A DNA stretch of 64,000 nt from positions 434,001 through 498,000 of the forward strand of contig JAMDHS010000001.1 in the NCBI GenBank assembly GCA_029717555.1. The letters run 5' to 3'. Below, one piece after another: positions 12,227-24,531 of the stretch. Positions within the stretch are counted from its first letter, which is position 1. Each line of letters begins with the position of its first letter. The position numbers were made by a program, and so were the translations under genes. A model generated the notes under the pieces. That model did no database searches and was not told where the DNA came from. It saw nothing but the letters and a program-made list of their open reading frames with translations. This DNA is from Peribolospora baueri (lineage: Eukaryota).

Positions 12227-13230
12227 CTACTTCCTCCGACCGCTGCGAAGAAGACCGGCCAGCACGATGCCACCGACTGCTGCGAGGCCTCCGACGAGCG
12301 CCATGCCGATATAACCCTCTAAAGAAAGAAGAATGGCGGTTTGCAAGGGCATGACCACAAGCGCGGCAGGTGTAGCGAGCGGATGTTGGGACGAAGTTGA
12401 AAGCGAATGGTTCAGGTAAACAAGAAACGAAAATAATCCGCCCAACCAAACGAATACGCCTGCGGAGAACGACCGAATATGCCCACCTTTCGCGACACCT
12501 TTGTCGATGAGTTGGCCCAGGCTCTGAGCCTGCAGGTTGCCAGGCTCTTTCTGCAGAAGGAGCTCTGCAATCAAAACGACATTGATCACCTGGGTCAGAA
12601 TGAATCGAGGGACACCACACACGACCTGCTGCCGACAACCAAACGGACGAAAGGGACGAAAAAAGGCGGTCAAGTCAAACGAGGAAATGATCGCCAACGC
12701 ACCATTGAATCGCTTTGCCTCTTCAAAGTTGCCCATCTTATAGTGGCCCAGGGAAAGATAGTACAAGCATTCGCGGCGCCTTGGTGGATCCGCTCGGTAG
12801 ATCTCTGGCGATTGTGGCGATCGAGAGGATGGGAGCCAGTGGTGTAACGATTGACGGAAGCACCGGTAAGAGGTCATTCGTATAAGGGAAAATCCAAAAA
12901 GTCAAAGAGTCAAGGTCAGCGGAGAAAATTCGAATGAATGGTCCCTATTTGGGATACCCTGGTTGCCACCCTACGCCTAACTGAGGTTGTCCTCCGCCGA
13001 TCCCATCCTCCGAGCACGCTTCAATAACGACCAAACTCACCAGCCAGTAAGACAACACCCTCTGCCTGCTCCTCCCTTCTCTTACTTTTGACGAGACCCC
13101 AGGCAAAGTTGAACTTGGTCTGCGTGCTAACGTGACCCTGCGAGCTCTCCTTGACGTACTGCTGTCGGAGCACGTCTAGCTCTTGCGGCTGTAGAGACGT
13201 CTCGGCGTCTGCTGCGTAGGGTAGCTGCAT
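12227..13230 (-). CDS. FIS1: Mitochondrial fission protein 1 (multi-exon)
   Basis: [57 protein letters not shown], and a C-terminal tail anchor [23 protein letters not shown] followed by a basic end. Confidence 0.95.
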
Positions 13231-14297
13231 CTTCCAAGGGGCCAATTCAGAGGCACACGCTAGCGGGGAAAGGGCGGTTGGACGGGGTGAGAGAGAGAAG
13301 AGGAATGCTAACAATCTACGGGGATAAGTTAGGCGTCGAGCAGCGGAGCGTGGCAGCACCGCCGGCCACCGTGTTTCGATCACTCCGGGTGCTTCGCTTG
13401 ATCATTTCCCACGTGTCGCAGCTCTTCGCGCCCACGTCCACGCCGCGCGAATCTCCAGCGTCCGGCCTCGCCAGTCTCGCTCAGCAGGTCGTTCGTTCGC
13501 CATCCTTGGAATCTATCTGCCGGCGCCCACTTGGTGTGAATGTGAAGCATCTACCCTCCTCATGTACGTCCCATGAGTGTTGAGGGTCAGGCGGCTTCAC
13601 CATCGTCGAGAGCCGCGGTTTTCGAGACCCGGAGGCCTGCCCTTTCTCGAGCACCTTGTTTCTACTGCTGCTCGCGATGCGTGTTCGCCCGAGTCAACGC
13701 ACCGTCTTGCGTTTCTCGCTCTTTCTCACGCTGGCTCCTTCCTCCCTCCCTACCTATTGCCCTTACGCACGGGAAGTTTAGCTAGAGCAGGAGCGCGCCG
13801 GCAGACTGTGTGGCGAGGAGAGCGGTCGTCTTCGGCGGCTCGTCGCGCAAATACTATAAACACGCACCCCGGCGTCAGACTTGCCAACGAGACGGGGGCG
13901 GGGATTTGAACTCTTTCTCTAGCTGATAGAAGCTGCTTGGCCAAACGATGCGACCAGAAAAAAAGAGAGGAGTACAGCTCCAAAAGAAACGCCACCAGCA
14001 TGCGAAGCACACACCCAAGTCTGCGATGGTGTATATTGTGCAAGAAGACGACGGATCTGACGTTGCGATAGGAAGCTGTACACCGGCGAGACAGGGGTCC
14101 ATAGTCCATGATGGGAGCCCTCGTACGGAGCCTGTATCGAAAAGCGAAGGGACGTCCGACGCAGACAACTGAGTGGGCGGCGTTAACGGAAGAGAAGCAG
14201 ATCGGATCGGCAAAAGTTTGGAGTACACCGATCATCACCCGTCGACGACATCAGGCCATCGATCAGACTCTCTCCTTCTCTCCTTATCCACCCACTT

Positions 14298-16301
14298 ATG
14301 ATTTCACAGGCCGCCTCCTCCATACGGCACTGTTCCTGCCGCCTTGCTTTCCCTTCAGCAGGCACATTCTTGCCCCGTCTATCCTCGTCGCTGAGGTCGA
14401 GGCAGGCGCGCTCTACGTCTGAGTGTCCAATTCCGGCGGTTCGATGTAGCTCAGCAGTTTTCAGCTCGACCAGGACATTTGGGGAAACGTCACCGGCTGA
14501 GCTCGCTCCCGCCACAACGTCCGAGCTTACTGATTCGAGCGTAGGCACGGAAAGGACGGAACGGGAGGCCTTGGAGACGGCACAAGCCTTCGAGGTCAGT
14601 TGATGAGTTCCTTTCGCAAGGAGCACTCTTCGTGCCCGTTCCTTCTCACTCCATTTCACTCTCCCTCTCGCACAGGACCTCGGCGTGAACCCTAATGTCG
14701 CCGCCTCTCTCTCCCTCGCCTTTCCTCATATCCGAAGACCAACAAAAGCTCAGGCAGCACTTATCACCTCTGTCCTCGACAACCACGACGTCGTGTGTCG
14801 TGCGCACACTGGCACGGGCAAGACGTTTGGTCTCGTGCTGGCCCTCCTCGGAAAGCCGCGAGTAGTATTTCGAGACCCCTTCCGAAAAGGTGGCAAAGGC
14901 AAGGTGGACGAGGTGAACGATGACGAGGAAGGCTTGCCTGGCATCTCCTCCTTGCTCGTCGTTCCAAACAACGATCTGGCCTTTCAGATTGAGCGATGGG
15001 TCCGCGCTTTACTGCCGCGTTCCGCTTTTCCGTCGCTTGACCCGGTCCTCCAGATCGTCGTCCGTGCCGACCCAACCATGTCTCCAGCCGCACAGGTCGA
15101 GCGCCTCCGCAAATCGCCTCCGCACCTTCTCGTCGGCACCGCAACGAGGCTTTTGGAGATCGCCGAACAGAAGGAAGGCCTGCTCGGCATTCACGGACTG
15201 CGAACGGTAGCGGTTGACGAGGCAGACCAGCTTCTTAGCTTGCCTGGCCGCTTTCCGACGCAATGGCACATGCGCATGTTTGAGGCCAAGCCTAGCGCTG
15301 CCCTCACTCTTCTACGGAAGATCATGAAGGCCCGAGGGGTGAAGGGGGCGGAAGGTAAATCCGTTGACAGAGGTCAGGACACGACGACGTCGTCCCACGG
15401 CAAGAAGTCGCCGTCCTTCCCGGAGCAACGATTACAGCTTGTCTGCGCTTCTGCTACGGCCAACAGCGTTCTACGCGACTACCTCCTTCGTCGTACGGGC
15501 TGGACAACGAAAAAGTCGAGCCGCTTTCTGGACTTCACAAGGGAAGGGATGGGAGTGACGCCTCGGACAATTGAACATCACTGTCTCGTCGTCAGCGAGC
15601 GGAGTACGAGGAACATCCAAATCCGAGAGACGCTCAGCAGAGCCGCGAAGGAGCTCGCCGAGTCTGCGGACATAGGCGACGAAAAGGATGGTGACACGCC
15701 CACCTCTCGAGTACGATTGACAACCTCCGGCGCTCGCCCCGATAATCCTCATTCTCGATCCGGTTTCTTCCAACCGGCTCCCGGTTCCATCGATCCTCTC
15801 CTGTTGGAAGCCGTGGCGGAGGCGTATGCCCTGGACGAAGTATGGAGAGGAATCCTCTTCATCCCTTCCGGCGTGAGCCGCCGCAAAGTGGTCGACGAGC
15901 TTGTCGGGCTCGGTGTGCCTGCACGATACGTTGAAAACGCTGCCGAAGCGGAGGCGAGCGGAGAGGAGCCCTATCTGTTGGTCACGTCGGAGGACCAGAG
16001 TCGTGGGCTAGACATCCCAGACCTATCCCACGCGTTCATCATGGGTCCCCCTAGTAGCCCAAGCAGCTACGTTCACATGGCCGGACGGGTGGGACGGATG
16101 GGCCGGCAAGGCAGGGTCATTTTGATCGTGCGCGGCGAAAACGAAGGTGTTTCACCGGCGAAAGCGGAGACCGACTGGCCAGCATCCGTCTCGCAAGACC
16201 CGGCTGAAGGGAAGCTTGCCGTTGGTGACGAGCGCAAGGCGGCGTCTATGTATCGGCTTCTCGACATTCTAGTGCGCCCTTTCCCTCATGTCGAAGAGTA
16301 G
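14298..16301 (+). CDS. DEAD-box RNA helicase, probably mitochondrial
   Basis: Exon 14298-14594 (Arg/Ser-rich presequence-like) is spliced in frame across GTCAGT..CAG to 14676-16301, restoring Q-motif F-E-D-L-G. Motifs AHTGTGKT, DEAD, SAT, SRGLDI, YVHMAGRVGR. Confidence 0.85.
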
Positions 16302-16652
16302 ACCAGCAGATCGCATATCACGAAGTGACAGTCATTGACACCTTTGGCGCCGGACCTGTATTTCATCCACGTTTCTTTTGGTATACGGTGACTTATCCAT
16401 AATGTCTCAAGGAATCCTTTAACCCCGCCTAACCCCGAGCTCGCATCTAGTCGTCTTCGTCTACTCTTCCGTCGATCACAGCACGCACACACTTCTGCTC
16501 TTACCACCTTACTCCGCGCCACCTTGACGCTCGGCTTTTTTTTTTTTTTTCACTTCGACCTATCCGTCCTCGATCTGATCAGATTTGCGACGGCGCCTGT
16601 ACGGCACATATTTTCTGTCTTGCACTTGGGCTCTTTGGTCATCCACATTAGC

Positions 16653-17900
16653 ATGAGCGGAGCTACTTATCTCGCTTCCATCTACGGCACGGAGCAGGAC
16701 AAGGTCAACTGCAGGTGCGCATTCTTCTCCCTTCGAAGCTGGTCCACGGCCATTCGTTGATTTACCTCCTTTATTCATCTGCATCCCCACAGTTTCTACT
16801 ACAAAATCGGCGCCTGCCGCCATGGTGACCGCTGCTCACGAAAGCACACAAAGCCACCGTTCAGTCAGACGATCCTAGTGGCCAACGTCTGGCAGAACCC
16901 TCGCCACAAGAACCCCGACACCAACATAGGTGACAGTGAGGTGCAGCAGATCTTTGACGACTTTTACGAGGACTTTTTTTGGTGAGCCACCGCCATGTTT
17001 TCTTGAGGATGCTCGCGCTTCGCACGTAGACCCATGCCTTCTTCGTGCTGACCATGTTTGTACGTCGATGCGTCATTCGCCCTGTACTCTTTGCAGCGAG
17101 CTCAGCAAGTATGGGAATGTGGTGGAAATGCACGTTTGCGACAACGTGGGAGATCACCTGATCGGCAACGTCTACGTGCGGTACGACTGGGAGGACGAGG
17201 CACAGCGCGCTGTGGACGAGTTGAATCAACGATACTACGCAGGTGAGTGATCCTGCAATCTGGTCGCACCAGCGGCAGCATTTGAAACGCTTAGGATCTG
17301 ACACTTTTTTCTGCTCGCCCGCACGACCTCACAGGTCGTCCCCTCTTCGCCGAGCTGTCTCCCGTCACCGACTTTCGCGAGGCCTGCTGCCGACAGAACG
17401 AGACAGGCGAGTGCAACCGTGGCGGATTCTGTAACTTCATGCACCTCCGACACCCTACGATGTCGCTTGTCCGCGAGCTCGAGGCACAGCAACGCGTGGA
17501 GCGTCGTCTTAACCCGCGGCCCGATCCGCGCGAGTACAAGGCTTCTACGACGACGGGCATGAGCGACTGGAAACGAGAGCTGGCAGCCGAAAGTGGTAGC
17601 GACTGGAGGAACGCGCCCGGTCCGGACGAGGAGCCAAGGCCGGATTGGAGGAGCGAAGGCGATGGAGGTCGGGGCGGTGGGTGGAGAGACGGACCGAGTG
17701 CTCTGGACGAGTCGTATGGTAGCGCTGGTCACGGCACCGCGCCGGCTGTGCACAACGGCTACGCGGGCGGCAACTACCCCACTGGCGCCGATGCCGCGTA
17801 CGCCGGCAGCGCCAGCGAGTTCGGTCGGGAGCGATATGACGATTCCTATCGTGCTGGCCCACCAGGCCGGTCCGCCAGTCCGCCCGGCGCCCGCTACTAA
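16653..17900 (+). CDS. U2AF1: Splicing factor U2AF small subunit (multi-exon)
   Basis: [34 protein letters not shown] (CCCH1), UHM (MHVCDNVGDHLIGNVYV) and ELSPVTDFREACCRQ..CNRGGFCNFMH (CCCH2). Confidence 0.96.
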
Positions 17901-18064
17901 TGCGAGGTCGTTTCAGGGAGGAGGTGTTCATCTCATCTATTGTACACTACCAAAACGTCTGGTCGTCTGATCATCGAGGTATTCATACGCATCATATTTC
18001 CGTCTGTTTAACGATATTGAGCGGTCCTAACAGGTCGCGAGAGGCATACAGGTGACGTTTCCGC

Positions 18065-20889
18065 CTACTGTTTTCGGAAGATTGCGTCGGCCGTCTTAGC
18101 CACGTCCACCATTTCAGCAGTGTCGTGAACTCTGATGACGTCGCAGCCACCGGCGATGGCGGCGGTACACGCGGCTGCCGTACCGAACGCTCGCTCCTTG
18201 GGCTCGCTCCTACCGGTCAAAGCGCCGAGGAAGCGTTTCCGAGACGCGCCGACCAGAATGGGGAAGGACGAGAGTGACGCATTGGGCGCGTCCGAATAGG
18301 ACGGCACGAGCTCGTCTGATGTGGGAAGTGATGCCGCCGAAACCGGCCCGTTGATTTTAGCCAGGTGCTTGAGCAAGTCGAGGTTACCGTGGACGTCCTT
18401 GGCGAAGCCGATGCCTGGGTCGAGAATAATGTTCCACCTCCGAACGCCAGCCTCCAAAGCCAGGCGAACGCGATCCTCGAGCTCTTTCTTGACTCCCCCG
18501 AGGACGTCGCCTCCCTCGTATTCAGACATCTGACTCATTGTCTTGGGATCACCACGCATGTGCATCAGCACATACGGCACGCCGCGACTAGCGACCAGTG
18601 GGATCATCCGCTCGTCGGCTGCTCCGCCGGAGACGTCATTGACGATGTCCGCGCCAGCATCCAGCGCCGCTTCGGCCACGGACGCACGGAACGTGTCGAC
18701 CGAGATGGGGACGGTCACGCCCTCGGCTCGGAGTTGTTGGATAAGCGGTACCACACGTCCAGCCTCTTCTTCTGGGCTGACGTCCGCTGCGTTGGGTCGC
18801 GTGCTCATACCGCCGATGTCCAAAACATCTGCACCTTCGTCCACCATCTTCCGCGCTGAAGCGACCGCGTCGGAGACTGCAAAGTGGTCTCCACCGTCGG
18901 AAAATGAGTCGGGCGTCGCATTGATAATGCTCATAACGAAGGTCTTCGACGACCAAGTCCAGAGTCGGCGCCCATCTTTGCCATCAACCGTTTCGGAGCT
19001 TACAGCTGAGGGCAGAGGTAGAACTCTGCGGACTTGCGGATCGACGTAGTCCGGCGAGTTCTGGATCTGAGAAAGAATCTGCGAGACGGTCTGTTTGAGC
19101 TTTGGATGCTCATGATGGGGCATAACGCTGATCAAGTGAAGGACGATGAGAAGATCAGTCTGAAGTTTACCACCCCCAGGAAGACATTAAACACTGACAA
19201 CGGCTGCCCACTCACTCCACCAGCGGCCTCAGGACGAACTCTCGTTCCTTAAGGCCGGCATGTGGGACGTTCAGTTCTGGTGACTGATCGATTACTTGTT
19301 GGTCGTAGAAGATGATGTCGAGGTCGACAACTCTGGGTCCCTTCTCCACCACGCCAATCTTAGACCGTCCGAGATCCTTTTCGATTGCCTGGCAAAGCCT
19401 CATCAGTTCGAAGGGACCAAGGGAGGTCGTGATCTACAGAAGAAGAATCCGGTGAGCGCTCTGCTTGACATATGTCACTCCACGTTTAAAAAGCTCACCT
19501 TACAGACGGCGTTCAGGAACGTCGGCTGCTCCGTGACGTACATAGGAGCAGTTTCGTAGATGAAAGACGTGTCGACGACCTTACACCCTCGCTTCTCAAG
19601 CTCTTTACACGCGAGCTCCAGATTTCTTGCGCGGTCGCCCAAGTTCGAACCGAGGGCAATAGCGGCGATGTGCTTCTCCGTGGCTGAGTTAGTGACCTGT
19701 TCAGCCGTGGAGGTGGAAAAGTCTCGCCGTTGAGCGGCTGCCGGCGTTCTCTGCTCTCTTTCGAAGAAATCTCGGTCTCGCTTCACCTCGACGGCGGAGC
19801 TGCCGGCGAACATGAGCGCGCTCGGCTTGTCCACACGGATGGCTACGCGAGGGAGGCCTGAGCGCTGAATAGTGATTCTAGCGAGGGCGGTCGCGAGGGA
19901 CTCTACCGTTTGGTAAGAGGACGATTCCGCATACTTCGTAGTCCGGAAGGGTGTTCAGAGTTCCCCAGACAGAGGCCGTGAAGAAGACCCATTAGCGACA
20001 CGAATGCAGACACGGCAAGATCGACCTACTCCACGAGCTTACCTCCTGTACACCCTTCACGACGGACCTGACATCGTGCAAAGGCATTGCCCCACCCGTC
20101 AGGCGGGGCCACCACCTCAATCCTATCCTGACCATTTGCTTGTCTTCCCGTTCACAAGGGTTAACACCAAGAATAATCGGCAACTCCAAGTCCTTGACGA
20201 ACGCAATGTCCTCGGGTGCGTTTGGAGAATCGGCCGCGAGTTGGTGATGAGGAAGGCGGGGAGGTGCTTCAGGGGCTGTGGGGCTTGATGCGGCCAAGGA
20301 CTGACTAGAGACGACGTAGTCTTGCCCAGAGCGAACAATTTCTATCCCTGCTGCCGCTGCGCGGAGAAGGAGACGAGGCGCTTCTACTCGGAGTGTCACT
20401 ACGGGAGCGTGACATACAAAGACGCAGACCTCGGCTAGCCGTTCCTAGAGAAGAATATCATTTTTATAGGTCGATGACCCTTCCGGATGCGTCAGACTTG
20501 GGAGCTCGAATCTTCTCAAATTGCCTGAATCGTAGGACGCCGCCGCTCACCGCCAACTCGCTCAAGTTCTCGCACGCGCTCTCCGTCGCACACTTCTCCA
20601 GCTGCCTGCAGAGCACGCCGTAGTGAATGGAGTGGGGAAGATGGTCGGATCGACCGGCTTGGGCGACGTCGGTGTGGACGACGGCCGAGATGTGTACCGG
20701 CTGTGGCTGAATGCGGCCCCAGAGGTCAGGACCTACCAAGGCTCGGGCAACGAGGTCGTTTACGATGATCTACACGCGAATAGGGAGAGGGCGGGCAAAA
20801 GACCGTAAGTAGAGGGTCGGCGATGGATAGCCTCCGGTGAAGCGGGCTGTCTTCACCTTGTCAACGTAGGCCTCTTTTCCGTCCACCAT
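18065..20889 (-). CDS. FOL1: Trifunctional folate synthesis protein (2x DHNA, HPPK, DHPS; multi-exon)
   Basis: DK|IIVNDL..VGPDLW, ILGVNPCEREDKQ, IALGSNLGDR, GPRVVDLDIIFY, PHAGLKEREFVLRPL, INATPDSFSDGG, DPGIGFAK, GASRKRF, IRVHD. Confidence 0.95.
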
Positions 20890-21311
20890 GGCTGACGAGG
20901 GAATCGGATGGACTCGCTTACGGCTCAGAAAATTAGCCACAGGAAGACCGATCGAACATCTTTTTCGCACGTGCATCGATCGATTTAGACCGTGGGAGAG
21001 ACCGTGGAAGTTTTGTTTTTCGGACGATATAGCGTGAGCCTCGGGCATCGTCCATAAAGCCCAATGTGTACAAATGGGCGGAATGCCCATGGGAAAGACA
21101 GGCATAAAGGGGAGAGGGCGGTACATGCGAAAATGCGATAGCATGGGAGTGTAACCCTGGCTGCAGCCCGGAGAGGGAGAGAGAGGAGAGGGTGCGAAAG
21201 GGAAGTCGAGGAAGAGGCGGGAGGAAGAGAGAAAGGAACGATGCGCCGATACGCTGCACACCGGATTCAAGCTCGCGAAATCGGACAGTTTGAGCCAAAT
21301 CAACCAGACGC

Positions 21312-22488
21312 TTAGTCCCAGCCGGACGGCTGCTGCGCAGCGGCCGCGGGAGCGGCCTCCCAAGTGCCACCGGCCGGCTCGTTGCTCCAGTCCTGAGTAC
21401 CCTGAGCGTCCGCAGCCCAGTCGATGGTGCCCTCGGCCTGAGGAATGTTGGCAGCGAGCGTAGGGTTGATGCCACCAGTTTGAGCGGCGCCGCTGACGTC
21501 CCAGTCGCTAACTGCCTGAGCTTCCGCACCCTCTTGAGCGGCACCGGCGGCAGCCGCGGCCTTGGCACTAGCAGCCTCGGCCTGCTCCCGTTCAACCTCT
21601 TCAGGGTCGCGGTAGAAGAACATGTCCACCATGACACCCCAGCCATCAGGCGTGCGCGGGTGGGTGCCACGAAGACGGAGGACCTCACGGCAGAGGAGCC
21701 ACCACACGAGACCGATGGCGTGGCGGGACTTGTTGTTGGTGGGGATGGCCACGTCAACGTACTTGAGAGGAGCGTCGGTGTCGCAGAGAGCAATGACGGG
21801 GATGTTGACGTAAGCCGCCTCCCGGATGGCCTGGTGGTCGACGCGAGGGTCGGTGACGACGATCAGGCGGGGCTCCTTGAAGGAGCGGGTGATGTAGTTG
21901 GTGAAGTTACCGGGGGTGAAACGACCGGCGATGGCCTGAGCACCGGTGTTGGCGGCGAACTTGAGGACGGCGCGCTGACCATACTGGCGAGAGGAGATGA
22001 CGCAAACATCGTTCGGGTTCTCGATGGCGGCAATGACGCGGGCAGCCAGAACGAGCCTGCAGGGAGGGCATGGCATCATGTATCAGAGATCTGAGCACGG
22101 ACACCAACGAACTGCATATCAAAATGATAGGCTCACTTCTCCCAAGTCTTGCCGAGGTTGATCAGGTGGATACCTGAGGGCAGACACACGAGGGTGAAAA
22201 AAGGTCAGTTAATGTCTCACTGCAAGCCTCGTCCCGAGTTCCCATCCTCCGGAGTTCCGACGTAAGTGAATCCAACGCATATGCTACGGCCCCACCGCCT
22301 TTCGCCCTAATCTACCTCCTACCGCCAACACGGATCACTTGTGGACACGCACCATCGGCCCTGCGCTTGTAGACATAGGGCTCCATGGACTTGTCGCAGT
22401 TCTTCGCGCCAATGTGGCACTGCGCAGCAAGGAGCATCTGAATGTCCTCCTCAGAGGCATTCAGGACGGACGGGAGTTTGGAAGCCAT
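21312..22488 (-). CDS. RPS0: 40S ribosomal protein uS2 (multi-exon)
   Basis: [68 protein letters not shown]. Probable 5'-UTR intron at 22499-22784. Confidence 0.97.
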
Positions 22489-23090
22489 GTTGGGTAGGCT
22501 GGATAAGAGACGGTAGGGAACGAACATCCGAATGAGTCCTAGCCCTCAGTTTGCTCGCCTGGAACGGTAAAAAACGCCTGGACGTATAGCTCCCGGCCCT
22601 TCCAACCCTCCTCTCGCGGTCTGCAATACGTTCTAGCCAGTCCGCTACACTTCCAACGCAGTCGCCGTGCGAATGAAGCAGAGTCGGCAGCCAAACGAAG
22701 AGCCCTCCCAGTCTGTCCGTTTCCTACCTCTCGTCATCCGCCCGACAAATTCACGTTCTACTGCTCTTCAGCGCGCACACTCACATTGTAGCTCGGCCTG
22801 GGCTCGTCGCTGGGCTGGTCGGGTCGGTCGTTGCTTGACGTGACTTGGACTTTAGGCAATCGTTCTCTAGCCCCAGCTTCGCCCGAGGCTTCGCGCGGAA
22901 TCGCTCGTGCTGCGGCGCTGACCAGAACTGTACATTCGGTGGAAGCGATTGGAAAAGTAGGGTTACATTGCTGCGGCACGCTCCTCCACGAACGTTCACT
23001 CCTTCGCGGCTCAGCCGACCAAGGCTCCAATCGAGAAGCCAAGTCGCAAGATCCCCTACACGCCGCCCATCAACTCGCATCCTTGTCGCC

Positions 23091-23987
23091 ATGCCGGTCC
23101 AGCAAGCTTTCAAGCGCTATGTCGAGGTCGGTCGTGGTGAGTGTTGGTGACAGTGCGTCCTGCGAAACGAGCCCTGCGCAGAAGAGGGGTTTGAAGTTTG
23201 GTAAACGTGACGGGTAGGCAACGTTGATGATACTCACTCACCTTCCTTCGTATTTGCGCCGCCTCTTCAGTTGTCCTCATCGCTGACGGCCCGTCCGCTG
23301 GCAAGCTCGCCGTCATCGTTGAGATCATCGACCACAACAGGGTGGGTGTCTACTCGATTGGGATGTCATTGTCGCGGAATAGGCGGGTCTTGGAGGAATC
23401 ATTGTAGGCCCTCGGTGTGCTCTTTGCAGCGAGGGAGCGACATTTAAGATGAGGTCGAGATGGAGCGGGGCTCTGACTGTGGATATTAGTGGTTTGAGGC
23501 TGAAGGAGGGCGAGCACGCACTGAACGTCAGATGCTGACAGTTGCACATCAATCTCCCTTTTTAAGGCTATGATCGATGGTCCCACCACCGGCGTTCCCC
23601 GTCAGGCTTTCCCTTACCGCCATCTCGTCCTGACGCCTCTCCTGGTTGCCAACCTTACCCGCGGCGCCCGCTCAGCTACTGTCAAGAAGCTCTTCGAGAA
23701 GGAGAACGTCGCGGCCAAGTGGGAGTCTTCTGGCTGGGCCCAGAAGCGCAAGGCCGTCGAGAGGAGGAAGGCCACCTCTGACTTTGAGAGGTTCGAGATC
23801 ATGCTGCTCAAGAAGCAGAGGAGGCGGGTTGTTGGCAAGGAGGTGAGCGATTCGTGCCAGCGTCGTATTGTTGCGCCGTTGAGCTAGTGGAGTTCAATAT
23901 GTGCAATCTGGCTGATATGCTGACCTATCCCTTCGTGCGATTTCTGCGATCTGTCAGATTGCCAAGGCGAAGAAGGCCAGCGCTTGA
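23091..23987 (+). CDS. RPL14: 60S ribosomal protein eL14 (multi-exon)
   Basis: FKRYVEVGRV|VLIADGPSAGKLAVIVEIIDHNR|AMIDGPTTGVPRQ, WESSGWAQK, SDFERFEIMLLKKQRR. Last exon 23958-23987. Confidence 0.96.
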
Positions 23988-24531
23988 GCGATCACGACTA
24001 GGATCAATCTTCCTGCCTAACCCGATTTGCCATGGTCATCCCTCAGTCGTCTTGTATGTCTAGCTACCCATGCCTCCCCCCTCCCGCATTTCCGCAATAA
24101 AACATTCGCCAGCGCGGCGTCCCAGGGATTGTGTTTGCTTGAGCTTGACCCGACGCTGATATCATGCGCTGCTATGCGTGACACTTTCGCGAGACGAGAG
24201 CGACAGCTGAAGAGGTCGCGAGTTAACCTGATTTATGCTCGCTTCGGCGCACTTTCCAGGCCGAGCAACAGAGAGAAGGGCCAAACCTGGGTAAAGCCGT
24301 CCAGGTCACGATCCCTGCAAACGACCTTCGAGTCACCATGTCGGTCTGCGAGTGAAGCCGCAAGATGATTATACGTAATGCCGTTCGATTACTGCATATA
24401 CCCACACTCAGGCAGGCTAAACCTCTGCGTCCAAAGGTCCTTTTCCACCGATTGCTCCACACCCTACCTCGTACGGAACGCAGTTACACAACAACACACC
24501 GCGATGAAAAACATTCTTTCCAGACTGCAAA

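Noticed and set aside
13890..13945. tRNA-like A/B boxes on the minus strand (TGGCCAAGCAG..GAGTTCAAATCC)
   Set aside because: The T-stem does not pair, box spacing is too short, and no cloverleaf forms.
22499..23570. Intronic C/D snoRNAs in the long RPS0 and RPL14 introns
   Set aside because: Only imperfect C boxes, with no recognisable rRNA guide or terminal stem; needs snoscan or Infernal.
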